Below, piece after piece: positions 46,655-57,151 of a stretch of 64,000 nt of DNA (its first letter is position 1; each line of letters begins with the position of its first letter). The stretch is from Myxococcales bacterium. Its GTDB lineage: Bacteria > Myxococcota_A > Polyangia > Polyangiales > DASUME01. Under the pieces are notes generated by a model. The model ran no database searches. It was not told the origin of the DNA and worked only from the letters and a program-made list of their open reading frames with translations. The stretch is from contig JASGJH010000001.1 in NCBI GenBank assembly GCA_047601445.1, positions 4,384,001 to 4,448,000 on the forward strand. Reading direction: 5' to 3'. A program made the translations under genes and the position numbers.

Positions 46655-47776
46655 ATGAGCGAGTCTTCATCCCTCGACGACCTGCTTGGCAGTGTCGCAC
46701 GCATGCTTGCAAGCAACCCGGCGCTGCGGGCCCGGATCGCCTTTGTCGACATTCTGCCGAACGGCGCACCGGCGGAGGCAAACGGTTCAGCCTTGAACGC
46801 ACCAACCAACGGTGCCGGCTTGGTCACGCCGAAGTTCAATTTCGAGGGCCACTCGGTGATCGCGTACGTCGCGGAGCGGTACCTCGACCTCAATGACCAG
46901 GCGACCTTTCAAGCGCTGCAGTCGGTCAAAGCGAACGATCCGCTCGCGCGCGGTGACATCGGGGAATTCGCCGGATGGCCTGACAAGTTGAAACACGATC
47001 CCGCGCTCGAAGCGGAACGGCAGCGCTTGGGCGGGACTCGCAGCTTTTGGCACTACATCAACATCCCGTACGATCCGGCGAACCCCGATCAAGAGTTCGA
47101 CCTCGCCACCATCTCGGGCGATCTGCTCAAGCAGCTCCCGCAACAACTCGACCTCTTGGCCAACCCCGACCCGCTCACTGCAGCGGACGCGTTGTGCTTC
47201 GCGCTGCATCTGGTTGGAGACCTGCACCAGCCGCTTCACTGCGCAGCCTATGCCGACGGTCAGTACTTCAGCACCCCACCGGAATATGACCAGGGCGGCA
47301 ATCTCGTGCGTTGGGGCAAGGACGCGCCGCGAAGCCAAAACCTGCACGCCCTTTGGGACGACTCCATCGCTGCGTCCGGAGCCAATGTCGCTAGCCGAGT
47401 GGACGAGGTCATGCGCGACCACCCCATTGAGTCCTTCTCGGCAGGCGACCTCGCCAAGGACGTCGACGCGATTGCCCTGGAGACCTTCGCCCTGGCGAAG
47501 GACGCCTACAACAAGTTCTTCGCGGAAGTCACCTACCAGGGGCCAAGCTCGGCCACCAAGGGTGGCCAGCAGTTCTCACCACCGTCCCCACAGTATCGGG
47601 CTGACGCGCGCGAGATTTGCCGTCGGCAGGCAGCACTGGGCGGCTATCGCCTGGCACACTTGCTCGCGGAACATTTGGGGCAGGCAACAGGAACGGCGAG
47701 AAGCCGACGGCACGGGAGCACGGCTCGAAAGGCCGCGAAGAAGGGACCGGCTAAGAAAGCGCGTAGCCGCCGCTAG
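46655..47776 (+). CDS. S1/P1-family nuclease with N-terminal extension and basic tail
   Basis: Motifs EGHSVIA, WPDKLK, WHYIN, HLVGDLHQPLH, DQGGN, NLHALWD and GGYRLA. GGAGAGG RBS. Confidence 0.9.
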   Translation: MSESSSLDDLLGSVARMLASNPALRARIAFVDILPNGAPAEANGSALNAPTNGAGLVTPKFNFEGHSVIAYVAERYLDLNDQATFQALQSVKANDPLARGDIGEFAGWPDKLKHDPALEAERQRLGGTRSFWHYINIPYDPANPDQEFDLATISGDLLKQLPQQLDLLANPDPLTAADALCFALHLVGDLHQPLHCAAYADGQYFSTPPEYDQGGNLVRWGKDAPRSQNLHALWDDSIAASGANVASRVDEVMRDHPIESFSAGDLAKDVDAIALETFALAKDAYNKFFAEVTYQGPSSATKGGQQFSPPSPQYRADAREICRRQAALGGYRLAHLLAEHLGQATGTARSRRHGSTARKAAKKGPAKKARSRR

Positions 47777-47869
47777 TCCCGGGCCATCGAGATGGTAGGT
47801 CTGTTCCGGCCCCCATTTACGACTCGCGCAAACAGAGGACCGGCGTGATGCGGCGGATGAACCCCACCT

Positions 47870-49480
47870 TCAAGGAAGTGGGTCGGTCTTGTTTGCGAAT
47901 TCGATGGTGTTGCTCTGTCCATCGCCGTCTGGGTCGTCGGCGCCGTTGTACTTCGTGGTGAGCAACCAACGGAATTCCCAGTCGTCGTTCAGGCCGTCTT
48001 GGTCGACGTCGGGCAAGACGCCCGGACCGAAGTCGGGGTTGAGGCGCGGAAGCGGGGCCTGCACTTGCTTGAGATAGTCACGCAGCTGGCGCCGTAGCGT
48101 GCTGACCTTGACCGGCTTGCTCCCGGCCAAGTCGGTCTGCTCGCCGAGATCGGCGGAGAGGTCGAACAGCTTGTCTTGCCCGGTTTCATAGAAGTGGACG
48201 AGCTTGAAGGCGCCGTCGCGGATCGAGGACATCGGTGTCGAGCCTTTGGCGACCTGGTAGTGCGGGAAGTGCGTGACGATGCCAGTGCCGCGGCCATCGA
48301 CCACCACCGCCTCGCCACGCGCGAGTCGGGCGAACGAGCCGCCGTCGAGCGTGCCCTTGGGTTTGGGTGTCGCACCGAGCCAGTCGGCGATGGTCGGCAG
48401 CAGATCGAACTCGGACACCGGTACGTTCGAGCGCGATGCGGCCGGAATGGCGGGGCCGGCGACGAAGAAGGGCACACGCACGCCGCCTTCGTAGGTGGAC
48501 GCCTTGCCTGCGAAGAGCGGCGCGTTGTCGGCGATTGAATCGACCGCGCCATTGTCCGACAAGAGCACGATGTACGTGTTGGCGAGCACGCTGTCGGCCT
48601 GGCTACCATCCCCGTTGGGATCGCGCAGCGCGTCGAGCGTGCGGCCGACAGCCGTGTCGAGGTTCTCGACCATCGCTGCATAGGCCGGGTCGTGGTGCAC
48701 GCTGCCCGGCGGCTTGGATCGGTACTTACTGACGGTCGAGGCCAGCGCGTAGGTGGGCTCGTGTGTCGCGTAGTGCGAGATCTGCAGGTAGAACGGCTGG
48801 TGCGCGGCGCTGCGGCGCGCGATGAAGTCGCGCGCCTTCTCGGCCAAGCTGAAGACCCGCTTGGGGTCATCGCCGCCGACATTGCCGGCGCCGTTGCCGG
48901 TCGCGCCGTCGCCTTCGTCGAAGCCGTGCTGTGCGGGGCCGCCACCTGCGAGGTGCCACTTGCCGAAATGCGCGGTGGCGTAAGAGGCGTCATACGTTTT
49001 GACCAGCTCAGCGATGCTCTGTTCGCCGGTCGGGATGGCGGTGATTCGACCGGCGGGGTTGTCGTCGTGCCCGGGCGGCAGGAGCGGATGCCCATCGTAG
49101 TCGGGGCCCGACGCGCGCTCGATGATGTCCGTCATCTTGAGCCGCGCCGGCGTCTTGCCCGTGAGCAAGCTGATACGGCTGGGCGAACAATTCGGCGCAG
49201 CGTAGCCGCTACTAAACGTGAGGCCGAGCGCGGCCAGCTCTGCGATGTTCGGCGTTTCGTGGAAGTCGCTCCTGGAGTCGGCACGATTGGCCAGCATCTG
49301 CACTGACGTACCGTTCCAGCCCGTATCATCGGTCAAGATCACGACCACGTTCGGCTTGGTTGCGACCAGGGGCGCATCGAGCTCCTCGATGTCATCGTCG
49401 GGCGCCCCCTCCCCGCAGGCGCCCATCAAGCTGAGCGCGACGATCGTTGTACCGTAGACCAGGCGTTGCTGTGTTCTCAT
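47870..49480 (-). CDS. Lipoprotein sulfatase (formylglycine-dependent) with C-terminal Ca-binding-type repeats
   Basis: PNVVVILTDD, CSPSR, GKWHL, SDNG and YEGGVRVP. Lipobox MGAC; DVDQDGLND/DPDGDGQSN repeats. Confidence 0.9.
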   Translation of the reverse strand: MRTQQRLVYGTTIVALSLMGACGEGAPDDDIEELDAPLVATKPNVVVILTDDTGWNGTSVQMLANRADSRSDFHETPNIAELAALGLTFSSGYAAPNCSPSRISLLTGKTPARLKMTDIIERASGPDYDGHPLLPPGHDDNPAGRITAIPTGEQSIAELVKTYDASYATAHFGKWHLAGGGPAQHGFDEGDGATGNGAGNVGGDDPKRVFSLAEKARDFIARRSAAHQPFYLQISHYATHEPTYALASTVSKYRSKPPGSVHHDPAYAAMVENLDTAVGRTLDALRDPNGDGSQADSVLANTYIVLLSDNGAVDSIADNAPLFAGKASTYEGGVRVPFFVAGPAIPAASRSNVPVSEFDLLPTIADWLGATPKPKGTLDGGSFARLARGEAVVVDGRGTGIVTHFPHYQVAKGSTPMSSIRDGAFKLVHFYETGQDKLFDLSADLGEQTDLAGSKPVKVSTLRRQLRDYLKQVQAPLPRLNPDFGPGVLPDVDQDGLNDDWEFRWLLTTKYNGADDPDGDGQSNTIEFANKTDPLP

Positions 49481-49819
49481 TTGCCTCTCGATTTTTTTCT
49501 CCGCCGAGCACCTGCCACGGGTCGCGATGGCAGCCTGTAGCGACTGCCGTGTGCGGTCCGGGCGGACCGTTTCAGGACACGGAAAAGCCCAAAAATCGGC
49601 TCGAAATGCCAGCGACCAGTCGGGCAAAGCAAGCTCAATGCCGTGAGATGTCAGGGCTCAGCGCCCAGTGCGGGCTGCACAAATGTGCGCACCGATGTGC
49701 GATGAGCACGCCACGAGCTTCGCCGAGTTCGGCCGCTCCATGCAGCGTTCACTGCTTGGCACGCTTCGAACACGCCACTGCGGGATGAACGGAGCAAATA
49801 GACCTTGCGCGGGCACGCC

Positions 49820-52045
49820 ATGTGCAAATCGGATTGCCGCATGCTTCAACACTCAGAACTCGCGCCCTTGGTTGGCTGCATCTTGCTGCTCGGCGCATGC
49901 AGCAAGCTCCATCACGACAACGACGGCCCTGAACACGACGCCGGCCGCACCCCTCCCGTCGATGCCACCGCTCCGGATGCCAGTGCCGTGGCCAAAGCGT
50001 TGGCGCAGCTAGAAGCCGACACGGCGGTGCCCTGGGGCACGCTCGTTGATCCAGTTTATGGCGCGGTCTCGCTGCTGCGGCCCCTGGAGGAACCCGGCGT
50101 CGTGCTTCAGAGCGGTGACAAGCCCGAGGACGCGGCGCGTGCATTCCTGGAGAAGTACGCCGCGATTTTTCAGATCAAGGACGCCGCCAACGAATTGGTG
50201 CTCGAAAGTGTGAACGGCCCCGACGAACTGGAGCTCACCGGCGTAAGCTTCGTGCAAAAGGAAGGCGCTGCCAGCGTGGCCGGCGCGCGCCTGACGCTGG
50301 CGTTCGACGCGAGTGGGCGAGTCGCGTTCGTAGCGGGCCGCTTCGTGCCCAACCTGCACGGCTTTGCTACGCAGCCAGCGATTCAGGCACAAGATGCCAT
50401 GGAGGCCGCGCGTGCTGACATGCTGCAGGGCCATCCGAGTGGACTCGGGGAACCCATCGAGACGGCGGCGCCAGAGCTGATCGTTTTCGTGCGAGGCCCG
50501 GCGAAGCTCGCGTATCGGCTGACGCTGGCCTACGCATACGAAGCAGACAGCGGCGCAGGGGATACGCACAGCGCGGACTACGTCGTTGATGCGAACAACG
50601 GCGCGATCTTGGCGCGGTCCGACGCGCAGAAGGAAGCTGAAAGCGGCACCGTGGTGCAAGGGTTCGGAACCGACTCGCTCAAGAAGGTGCAAACTATTCC
50701 GGTGTTCAAGCCGGACGCCGGCAAGAACTACTTGATGGAGCAACCTGCGACGGCAGACCAGACCGCGATCACCGTGCTGGATGCCTCCAAGCTGACCACG
50801 GGCGCAATAAGCGAGGCCAGCCCTGGAACGATGAGCATGCCCGGCGCGTGGGATGCCCAAGGCGTGGACGCCTACGTCAATCTCCGCAAGGTCGACGCCT
50901 GGTGGCGTCAGCATCAGCGGAACTCTTACGATGGTCTCGGCCATGCCGTCTCCATCATCGCGCACGCGCCGTCCGCCTTCGAGAATGCCCGCTGGGACGG
51001 GGATCACAGCATCAAGATTGGGGACCGGTTTGATCCCAATGCGCTGCCGTATTCGGTGGCCCTGGACGTGATCGGGCACGAGTTTCAGCACGGCGTCAAC
51101 CAACGGACGTGGGCCTCCGGATCCATGGGACCGGAAGGGGAGGCGATCGACGAGTCGCTCGGCGACATCTTCGGTCAGTTCATCGAGGTCGACACGGGGC
51201 TCCTCGGCACGGAAGCGACCTGGACCGTGCCCTCCTTAATCGGCGAGCGTGCCGACCCGGCCGGCATTCGCAATCTGCGATCGCCGCACCTTGGCGGTCA
51301 GCCCGACAGCGTAGGGGACCCAGCATTCAGCGGAAGCAATGACTCGCACGCCTTGGGCGGCATCTCGAACAACGCCTGGTGGCTCACGACCTACGGGGGC
51401 AAGAACGAAACCACAGGCAAGGAGATTGCAAACCCTCTCACGTGGGCCGACGCCAAGAGGCTGTACCTTTCGCTGATCAAGCGCAGTTCAATCCCGTCCG
51501 ATCCGACCTTTCACGACCTCGCGGGCGGGCTGGTCGCCTCCGCAAGCCAGCTCGGCGCAGACGCGCAACGCACGGTGGCCTGCGCGTGGAACGCCGTCGC
51601 CGTGCTGACTGACAACGAGCTGAAGACCGCGTTTGGCATCAAGAGCTGCAAGCAGGACGACGCGGGCATGCCCAAGCCGCCGGGTTGCCTCCAAACCAAG
51701 GCGGCCGGGGACGGGAGCTGTCTGCCCGACCCCGACGAGCCAGATGCAGGCGAGAACGATGCTGGCGCACGCGATGCAGGCCCTCACCTTGGACCAGGAG
51801 CTTGCTTCGTTCGGGGCCCGTTCTGTTCCAACAACGGCTATTGCCCTCCTAACGGGGTACGCTTGACCTGTATGGAGGCCGGGCCAAATGGGACCTGCCC
51901 GGTACCTGGCTACGAGTTCACCACGGCCTTCGACAGCTGCGCCAACTTGCCCGGCGGCGTCTTACAGACTTGCGAAAGCGCTAACGGCACCGTCTATCTC
52001 AACTGGCGGCTCTTCGTTGTCGATAACCCGGGGAGCTGCTCCTGA
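49820..52045 (+). CDS. M4 (thermolysin-like) metalloprotease lipoprotein with Cys-rich C-terminus
   Basis: Lipobox LGAC, propeptide, NARWDG, DVIGHEFQH, third ligand in IDESLGD, DSHALGGI. Exact start uncertain. Confidence 0.88.
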   Translation: MCKSDCRMLQHSELAPLVGCILLLGACSKLHHDNDGPEHDAGRTPPVDATAPDASAVAKALAQLEADTAVPWGTLVDPVYGAVSLLRPLEEPGVVLQSGDKPEDAARAFLEKYAAIFQIKDAANELVLESVNGPDELELTGVSFVQKEGAASVAGARLTLAFDASGRVAFVAGRFVPNLHGFATQPAIQAQDAMEAARADMLQGHPSGLGEPIETAAPELIVFVRGPAKLAYRLTLAYAYEADSGAGDTHSADYVVDANNGAILARSDAQKEAESGTVVQGFGTDSLKKVQTIPVFKPDAGKNYLMEQPATADQTAITVLDASKLTTGAISEASPGTMSMPGAWDAQGVDAYVNLRKVDAWWRQHQRNSYDGLGHAVSIIAHAPSAFENARWDGDHSIKIGDRFDPNALPYSVALDVIGHEFQHGVNQRTWASGSMGPEGEAIDESLGDIFGQFIEVDTGLLGTEATWTVPSLIGERADPAGIRNLRSPHLGGQPDSVGDPAFSGSNDSHALGGISNNAWWLTTYGGKNETTGKEIANPLTWADAKRLYLSLIKRSSIPSDPTFHDLAGGLVASASQLGADAQRTVACAWNAVAVLTDNELKTAFGIKSCKQDDAGMPKPPGCLQTKAAGDGSCLPDPDEPDAGENDAGARDAGPHLGPGACFVRGPFCSNNGYCPPNGVRLTCMEAGPNGTCPVPGYEFTTAFDSCANLPGGVLQTCESANGTVYLNWRLFVVDNPGSCS

Positions 52046-52105
52046 GACGGCACCACGGATCCTCCACCGTAGCTCTGGTAGTTGCGAAGGTGAGCTCCTT
52101 CTGAA

Positions 52106-52498
52106 CTACTCGGCCGGGTCCGCCGAAGCAGCCGTCAGCTCGATGTCGAAGCCTTGGCCCATCTCGATGTGACAGCCATCGCTCGCCGGGTCCTCCTTGA
52201 CCGTGACGCGACGGGTCCAGGTCCGGTCCCCGCTGCGCACACGCAGGACATACTCACCGCTGCCTTGCTCCCAACATGGATAGGCTCCGCCCAGACTGGC
52301 GTCACCGCCCTCGCTCGTCGACATGCACTCGCTCTCGCGGTTCTGCTCGGCCGTCACGTGCTCGACCGGCAACCCTTCGGGGGAGCTCACGCGGATCTCG
52401 AACGAGACGATGTTCGTCGTGCACACCACGCCGTCGTTGCCACACGCGCCAACCATCGATGCGAGCATCAAGGCGACTGTGGTCCAAGTCTTTTTCAT
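52106..52498 (-). CDS. Small lipoprotein
   Basis: GGAGG RBS. Lipobox VGAC followed by VCT. Confidence 0.75.
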   Translation of the reverse strand: MKKTWTTVALMLASMVGACGNDGVVCTTNIVSFEIRVSSPEGLPVEHVTAEQNRESECMSTSEGGDASLGGAYPCWEQGSGEYVLRVRSGDRTWTRRVTVKEDPASDGCHIEMGQGFDIELTAASADPAE

Positions 52499-52832
52499 GG
52501 GTGCCTCCAAGCAAGAAGCGGCACTTTACGCCGCGCTAGAGTGCACCGTCGATATGACAAGGGAGTCATCACCCTCGCTCGGGCGGAGTCAGGCGGCGGA
52601 GGTCAAAAGGCCATAGAGCGTCGGTCGCTCTGGTGTCGAAGTCGACGCGAGTCTGGGCTGCACCTCGCCCGGGGAGCGCCGTCGAGGCAGCTGACGGCGC
52701 CGCCACAGCTGGTCGTCGCGCCTTGGCTGCCCCCTCGGCTAATTCCCCGAGGCCCAGCAGTTTGCGTGAGGCGTAAAGTAGTATTGATCGACCGGCCATA
52801 GGCTCCAAGAGTCCGCCGACGTCCTCATCGGA

Positions 52833-53345
52833 GTGCCAGGTCCCGGCAAGATGACCGAGTCCATCAAGCTCTTGTCGGGCCAGTGGAAGGCGGCGATAAG
52901 TGCGCTGGAGTCCGCAGATGTCGTCGTGTTCATGGGATATCGCTTTCCCCCGTCCGATTCGTACGCGCGGAGCAAACTGCTAGGCGCGAACCGCAACAAC
53001 AATGTCGACCGTCTTCGAGTTCACTTGGTCCTTGGACCACGCCATGGAGAGGATATCGCGAGGGTCGAGGGCCTCTTGCGTTGGTCACTCCAGCACCGCG
53101 AAGACTTCGAATCGACCAGAGTTCTACGAGGCAAGAAAACGTTTAGGATCCACCGTCAGCCTCTGTTCGCAGAGGACTTCATGGCCGTGTTCGAACGAGA
53201 AATGCTCTCTGTTGCAGCCGGTGACACAGCATCGCGACCATCGAACAGAAAGGTCTTTTCCAGACAAAGGGCGAGGTCGCGCATCCCTTCTACGAGAGTG
53301 CTTGAAGCAACTCCAGACGAAAATCGCGCGCGATGCCCCCGTTGA
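52833..53345 (+). pseudogene. SIR2-like domain, C-terminal fragment
   Basis: PGPGK...WKAAISALESADVVVFMGYRFPPSD. In-frame stop upstream; N-terminal part missing. Confidence 0.5.
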
Positions 53346-53437
53346 GCCGGCCCACAAGAAATGACCAAGCGTCCCTGGTCGCTTCAGCCGAGAGCCCGCC
53401 TCAAACCACTCGCGCAACCTGGCAAGCACACGGTCCG

Positions 53438-53509
53438 TTCAACCTGCACCTCGCGGTCGCCATCGGGACGGATATCGCCTGCATTGGGCCGGAGATTGTA
53501 GCCGCTGTG
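53438..53509 (+). repeat. Diverged fragment copy of the ricin-lectin gene 3' region (61419..61490)
   Basis: FNLHLAVAIGTDIACIGPEIVAAV versus FNLHIAGAIGTDIAWITPEVVVAV: 18 of 24 residues identical. Confidence 0.75.
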
Positions 53510-53815
53510 TTTGGCGTCGCGGTGCGCTTCAAATAGTGTGCACGTCAGAGTCGAACACGGCCTCGGCGATGACGAAAACTCTAGCGGTTCGCCAAGCGTC
53601 AGCTGCGGCAGCTAGTCTTCGAGCGAGTCGTGCCGCGAGGACCGCGAGCGTCAGCTCGCAGCGTTCGGACAGGTTTGAACGCTGGTGCAGTCAATCGTTA
53701 GCCACTCATTGATCGGCATTCAAAGCCCCCCGCCTGGAGGTTTTCACGTGGGATTCGCGGGACCTGGCGCTGGCTACCCGAAGATCTCAGCTCTTCCGCC
53801 AGAGCCGACCTTTCC

Positions 53816-54574
53816 TCATTCTACAGACACAGCCGCGCTGTGCAGCAGCCGAAGGCGCTCCTTCTCGATTCGTATGCCGATCCGCGCGATCTCGGGGCCA
53901 CAAAAGCTGAACACGACGTCGCCCGTGGAGCTCGCCCTCTCGCCGTGCCCGGTCTGCCACGATGCACGATACCTGGCGACGACTCCACGCGGGAGCCAAT
54001 GGAGCTCACTGACCTCGAAGCGTGCGCCTTCGAACGCAGCGAAGGTCTTCTCCGTGAAGGCATGAAAGTTCGCGCGTCCAACGATGGTAGCGCCGAGCAC
54101 TGGGTCGTGGGAAGGCAAGCAATACTGGACGTCCTCGCCGCACAGACTCGCTACGCCGACCCAATCTTGCCTGCTGAGCGCGTCAAAATATTGAAGGACG
54201 AGCGCTCGTTCTGCAGCGCGCTCTTGGACCCTGGTAGCCACCGACATGGCACTCAAGAGCTTCTCGAGTGGAAACGGTTTGCTGAGCATGAAGGCCGCAC
54301 GATCGGCGACCGCGCGCGGAACGTTTGTCCAAGCTGTGAGCACACCGAGTGGGATGGGCCCTGCGGCCTCCGCCAACGCGAGCGCCTCCTTCTCGGCTTG
54401 AGACCGTGTTCCCCGCACGCAGTCCACGATGACCAGTGCACATCCATTCTGGGACAGCCAATCCAGGGCCTCGCTCGCCGTGGAGACCCACACTACCTCG
54501 AATTCCCAGGCATTCATGAGCTCGGTGAGCAACGCGCCCAAGTCCGGCTCGTCTTCGCTCAGGAGAACACGCAT
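53816..54574 (-). CDS. Response-regulator receiver fused to SnoaL/NTF2-like domain
   Basis: Receiver residues in RVLLSEDE, VIVD, VLTA and SKPF. Then LVLQYFDALSRQDW...EDVQY...IVGR. Confidence 0.8.
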   Translation of the reverse strand: MRVLLSEDEPDLGALLTELMNAWEFEVVWVSTASEALDWLSQNGCALVIVDCVRGTRSQAEKEALALAEAAGPIPLGVLTAWTNVPRAVADRAAFMLSKPFPLEKLLSAMSVATRVQERAAERALVLQYFDALSRQDWVGVASLCGEDVQYCLPSHDPVLGATIVGRANFHAFTEKTFAAFEGARFEVSELHWLPRGVVARYRASWQTGHGERASSTGDVVFSFCGPEIARIGIRIEKERLRLLHSAAVSVE

Positions 54575-54789
54575 TAGGCTACCCACGTTCGAGACCTCGC
54601 AGAACCCTCGGCTTCAAAGCATCCTCTCGCGCATAAGATCTTAATCTCGCGGCGCGCTTGCAACCAAGCTTTGTCCAGCAGTCAATGGCATGCCTACGGT
54701 CTAGGCCTCTCAGCGCGCGCGGCCCACGGGTACCGCCGTACCCTCCCCTGTTTTGGGGGCTCGGGGGGGTTCGCAGAGTCCCAGAGCGC

Positions 54790-55161
54790 TACCTGCACGA
54801 GGTGCTGAAGGCTGCTCTCTCCACTGGTCCCCCCATCGCCGCGTTGGACGGTACCCAGGTGGTAACCGTTCGCCAAGCGTTGATCGCCATTCCATCTTCA
54901 CGCGCGATCATCGGCTTGCCCTTCATAGACGGCGATGAGCTCGCGGGCCGCCTGCGGCAACTGCCCGGCTTCATAGCGGCACGCTTCATCGCAGTGACGG
55001 GCCAAGGCCAAGACAAGGAACGACGTCGGGCGCGCGACGCGGGCTTCCATCACCACTTCGTCAAGCCGTTGGCTGCTAACTCACCCCATGCGCGTGAGCG
55101 AACCAAGGCTCGAGCGCATCGACTCGCGCGCGCTTTTCGGCTAAGGGTGACCGCGAGGTAG
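54790..55161 (+). pseudogene. Degenerate response-regulator receiver remnant
   Basis: IIGLPFIDGDELAGRLR...IAVTGQGQDKERRRARDAGFHHHFVKP. The phosphoacceptor Asp position is Ile, and there is no credible start. Confidence 0.6.
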
Positions 55162-55184
55162 CGCGCCCGAAGCGATGTGCCCTG

Positions 55185-55976
55185 GTGTCGTCGACCCTCG
55201 AGGTCCGAGCAGTGCACCGCGCCAGCCGTCTTCCGTTTGCCTCCCGCTCCTCCTCTCCCATCGGTCTCTTGCTCGCAGCCCTCTTGAGCTCATCTGCATG
55301 CGGAGGCGACGACGACTCCTGCGCCGAATCGAGGGTCTATGGGAGCGACGAGGGGTTGCCCACGTTTTACACCACGCCAGCGAGGCTGAATGGTCGCTGG
55401 AGTCAGCCGCAGGCGCTACCCATCCTGTGGGATACCGACATGTACATCGAGACCATCGGGGACCAACCACCGACCAAGATCCCGGCGCCGCCCTTTCACG
55501 GCTGGGACACGCTAACCGTGACGGCCCAGGTTCGGGGTGACGTCACGGATCGGGTGGAGACGCATGCAGGCAGTTGTCCCGCGGATTCCAGCACGCTCTT
55601 CTACGTGCCCGTTCGGTTGATGGTCGAGACCGCGTCGGGCGCATTCCGGGAGGAGCTCGATGCCTTGATCAACGCCGAGGCCGAAGAGTCCGAGTCATAC
55701 GACGAAGGTCGCCTGCTTTCGGTGAGTCTGCTCGACGAGGTGGACGGTCCACTCGGCGAATACCTCGACTCCATTGCGGTCCCAAACGGCACGAAAAAAG
55801 GCTTCAGTCTCTGGGTCCGATATACGGATGAGGGAGATTTGTCTTCGGTGAGCCTCAACGTCTACGTGGGCGACGATCCGATGAACATACGTTCGATCTT
55901 CACGGGCAACACTTGGCTCTCGGACCCTGACATTCCTCCGTGCAACTGCTCTCAGGACGCACAGCCGCAGCCATAG
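55185..55976 (+). CDS. Acidic lipoprotein of unknown function
   Basis: LLLAALLSSSAC followed by GGDDD. Confidence 0.7.
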   Translation: MSSTLEVRAVHRASRLPFASRSSSPIGLLLAALLSSSACGGDDDSCAESRVYGSDEGLPTFYTTPARLNGRWSQPQALPILWDTDMYIETIGDQPPTKIPAPPFHGWDTLTVTAQVRGDVTDRVETHAGSCPADSSTLFYVPVRLMVETASGAFREELDALINAEAEESESYDEGRLLSVSLLDEVDGPLGEYLDSIAVPNGTKKGFSLWVRYTDEGDLSSVSLNVYVGDDPMNIRSIFTGNTWLSDPDIPPCNCSQDAQPQP

Positions 55977-56213
55977 GCGAGCGCCCTCTCGCTGATCGGC
56001 ACCGCAACGTCAACCCGACGTCATTCGAGGCGCCCACCGCATCGAGGCCTGGCAACACGATGTCGACGATCACCCGGGGACCTGCCCCTGAGACGACTAC
56101 GCCATGCCCCATAGCTCTAACCGTTGTGTAGGTGATTCTTCTGAATTCCACCCAGCGTCGCGGCTTGCGCGGTCGAGCGCGCTCGGCGGGCGGAAAAAGG
56201 CGATAGTGCGGCG

Positions 56214-57029
56214 ATGAATCACTCCTCGCGCTCCGCTCTTCTTCTCGGTCTGCTCACGGCCGTGGCCTGCGGCGACGCCGCGCCAGGAGCTGACTCCGGG
56301 GCACCCAACACGTGTGACGACCTCGGCGCGGCGTGCATCACCCCGAGCGGAGCCGCGGGCATGCGCGTCTGTCGCAACGACGCCCCGGCGTGCGTGGCGC
56401 TCGATGCTAGCAAAGACGCGAGCGTGGCAATGGCCACGATGGATGCGAGCCCCGAACCGAGCGACGCAGGCACCGGTCCCGACGATGCCTCCAGTCCCCA
56501 GGGCGACGGCTCCGATGCGAGCACTTCCCAGGAGCCCGGCCCATGCAAAGCCGGCTATTACACTGGAGGCCTCAAGGGGAAATACCAAACGCCAGTCTTC
56601 GATCCTGGTTTTGGTACCTTGACGATGGTTCCGCTCTCCTCCTCCGGCCAAAAAGGGTGGTTTTCGTTCGTGCTCGATCCCGGCACTCAGCCTCACCTAC
56701 TCAAGGTGCACAGCGGCTGCGTAATCGCGATCATGGACGATAGTCCCTTTGTGGCGACCTTCGAAGGAGAGCTCGACTGCACCACCGGCGCCCTGACCAC
56801 GACCTTGCAAGGCGACTGGGCGCTCTTTAACGACCCCGAACATACCTACCCATTCAGCGGCGAACTCAAGGGTGTCTACGATATCGCCAATCTCAAGGTT
56901 TCAGGCGATTGGAAGGTCGCCGAATTCCCCGGAGCTAACCCGCCCGGCGGAAGCGGAACCTGGACGGCCGCCTATCAGTCCGCGCAAGCTCCGAGCTTGC
57001 CCGCCGACTGCGTGCCCCCGCAGCCGTGA
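56214..57029 (+). CDS. Lipoprotein of unknown function
   Basis: Lipobox AVAC. DAS/DAG linker; beta-rich domain ending GGSGTWTA. Confidence 0.75.
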   Translation: MNHSSRSALLLGLLTAVACGDAAPGADSGAPNTCDDLGAACITPSGAAGMRVCRNDAPACVALDASKDASVAMATMDASPEPSDAGTGPDDASSPQGDGSDASTSQEPGPCKAGYYTGGLKGKYQTPVFDPGFGTLTMVPLSSSGQKGWFSFVLDPGTQPHLLKVHSGCVIAIMDDSPFVATFEGELDCTTGALTTTLQGDWALFNDPEHTYPFSGELKGVYDIANLKVSGDWKVAEFPGANPPGGSGTWTAAYQSAQAPSLPADCVPPQP

Positions 57030-57151
57030 GCCCTCACGGGCCCTGGATCGCTGCGCCCCGCGCTCCAAAGTGCACAACTCACTATGGAACGCCGCCTCTC
57101 CTGAGTGATAGGCGATGTGCGCAGCTTTGCCTTTTCGCCGTGGGATATTCG

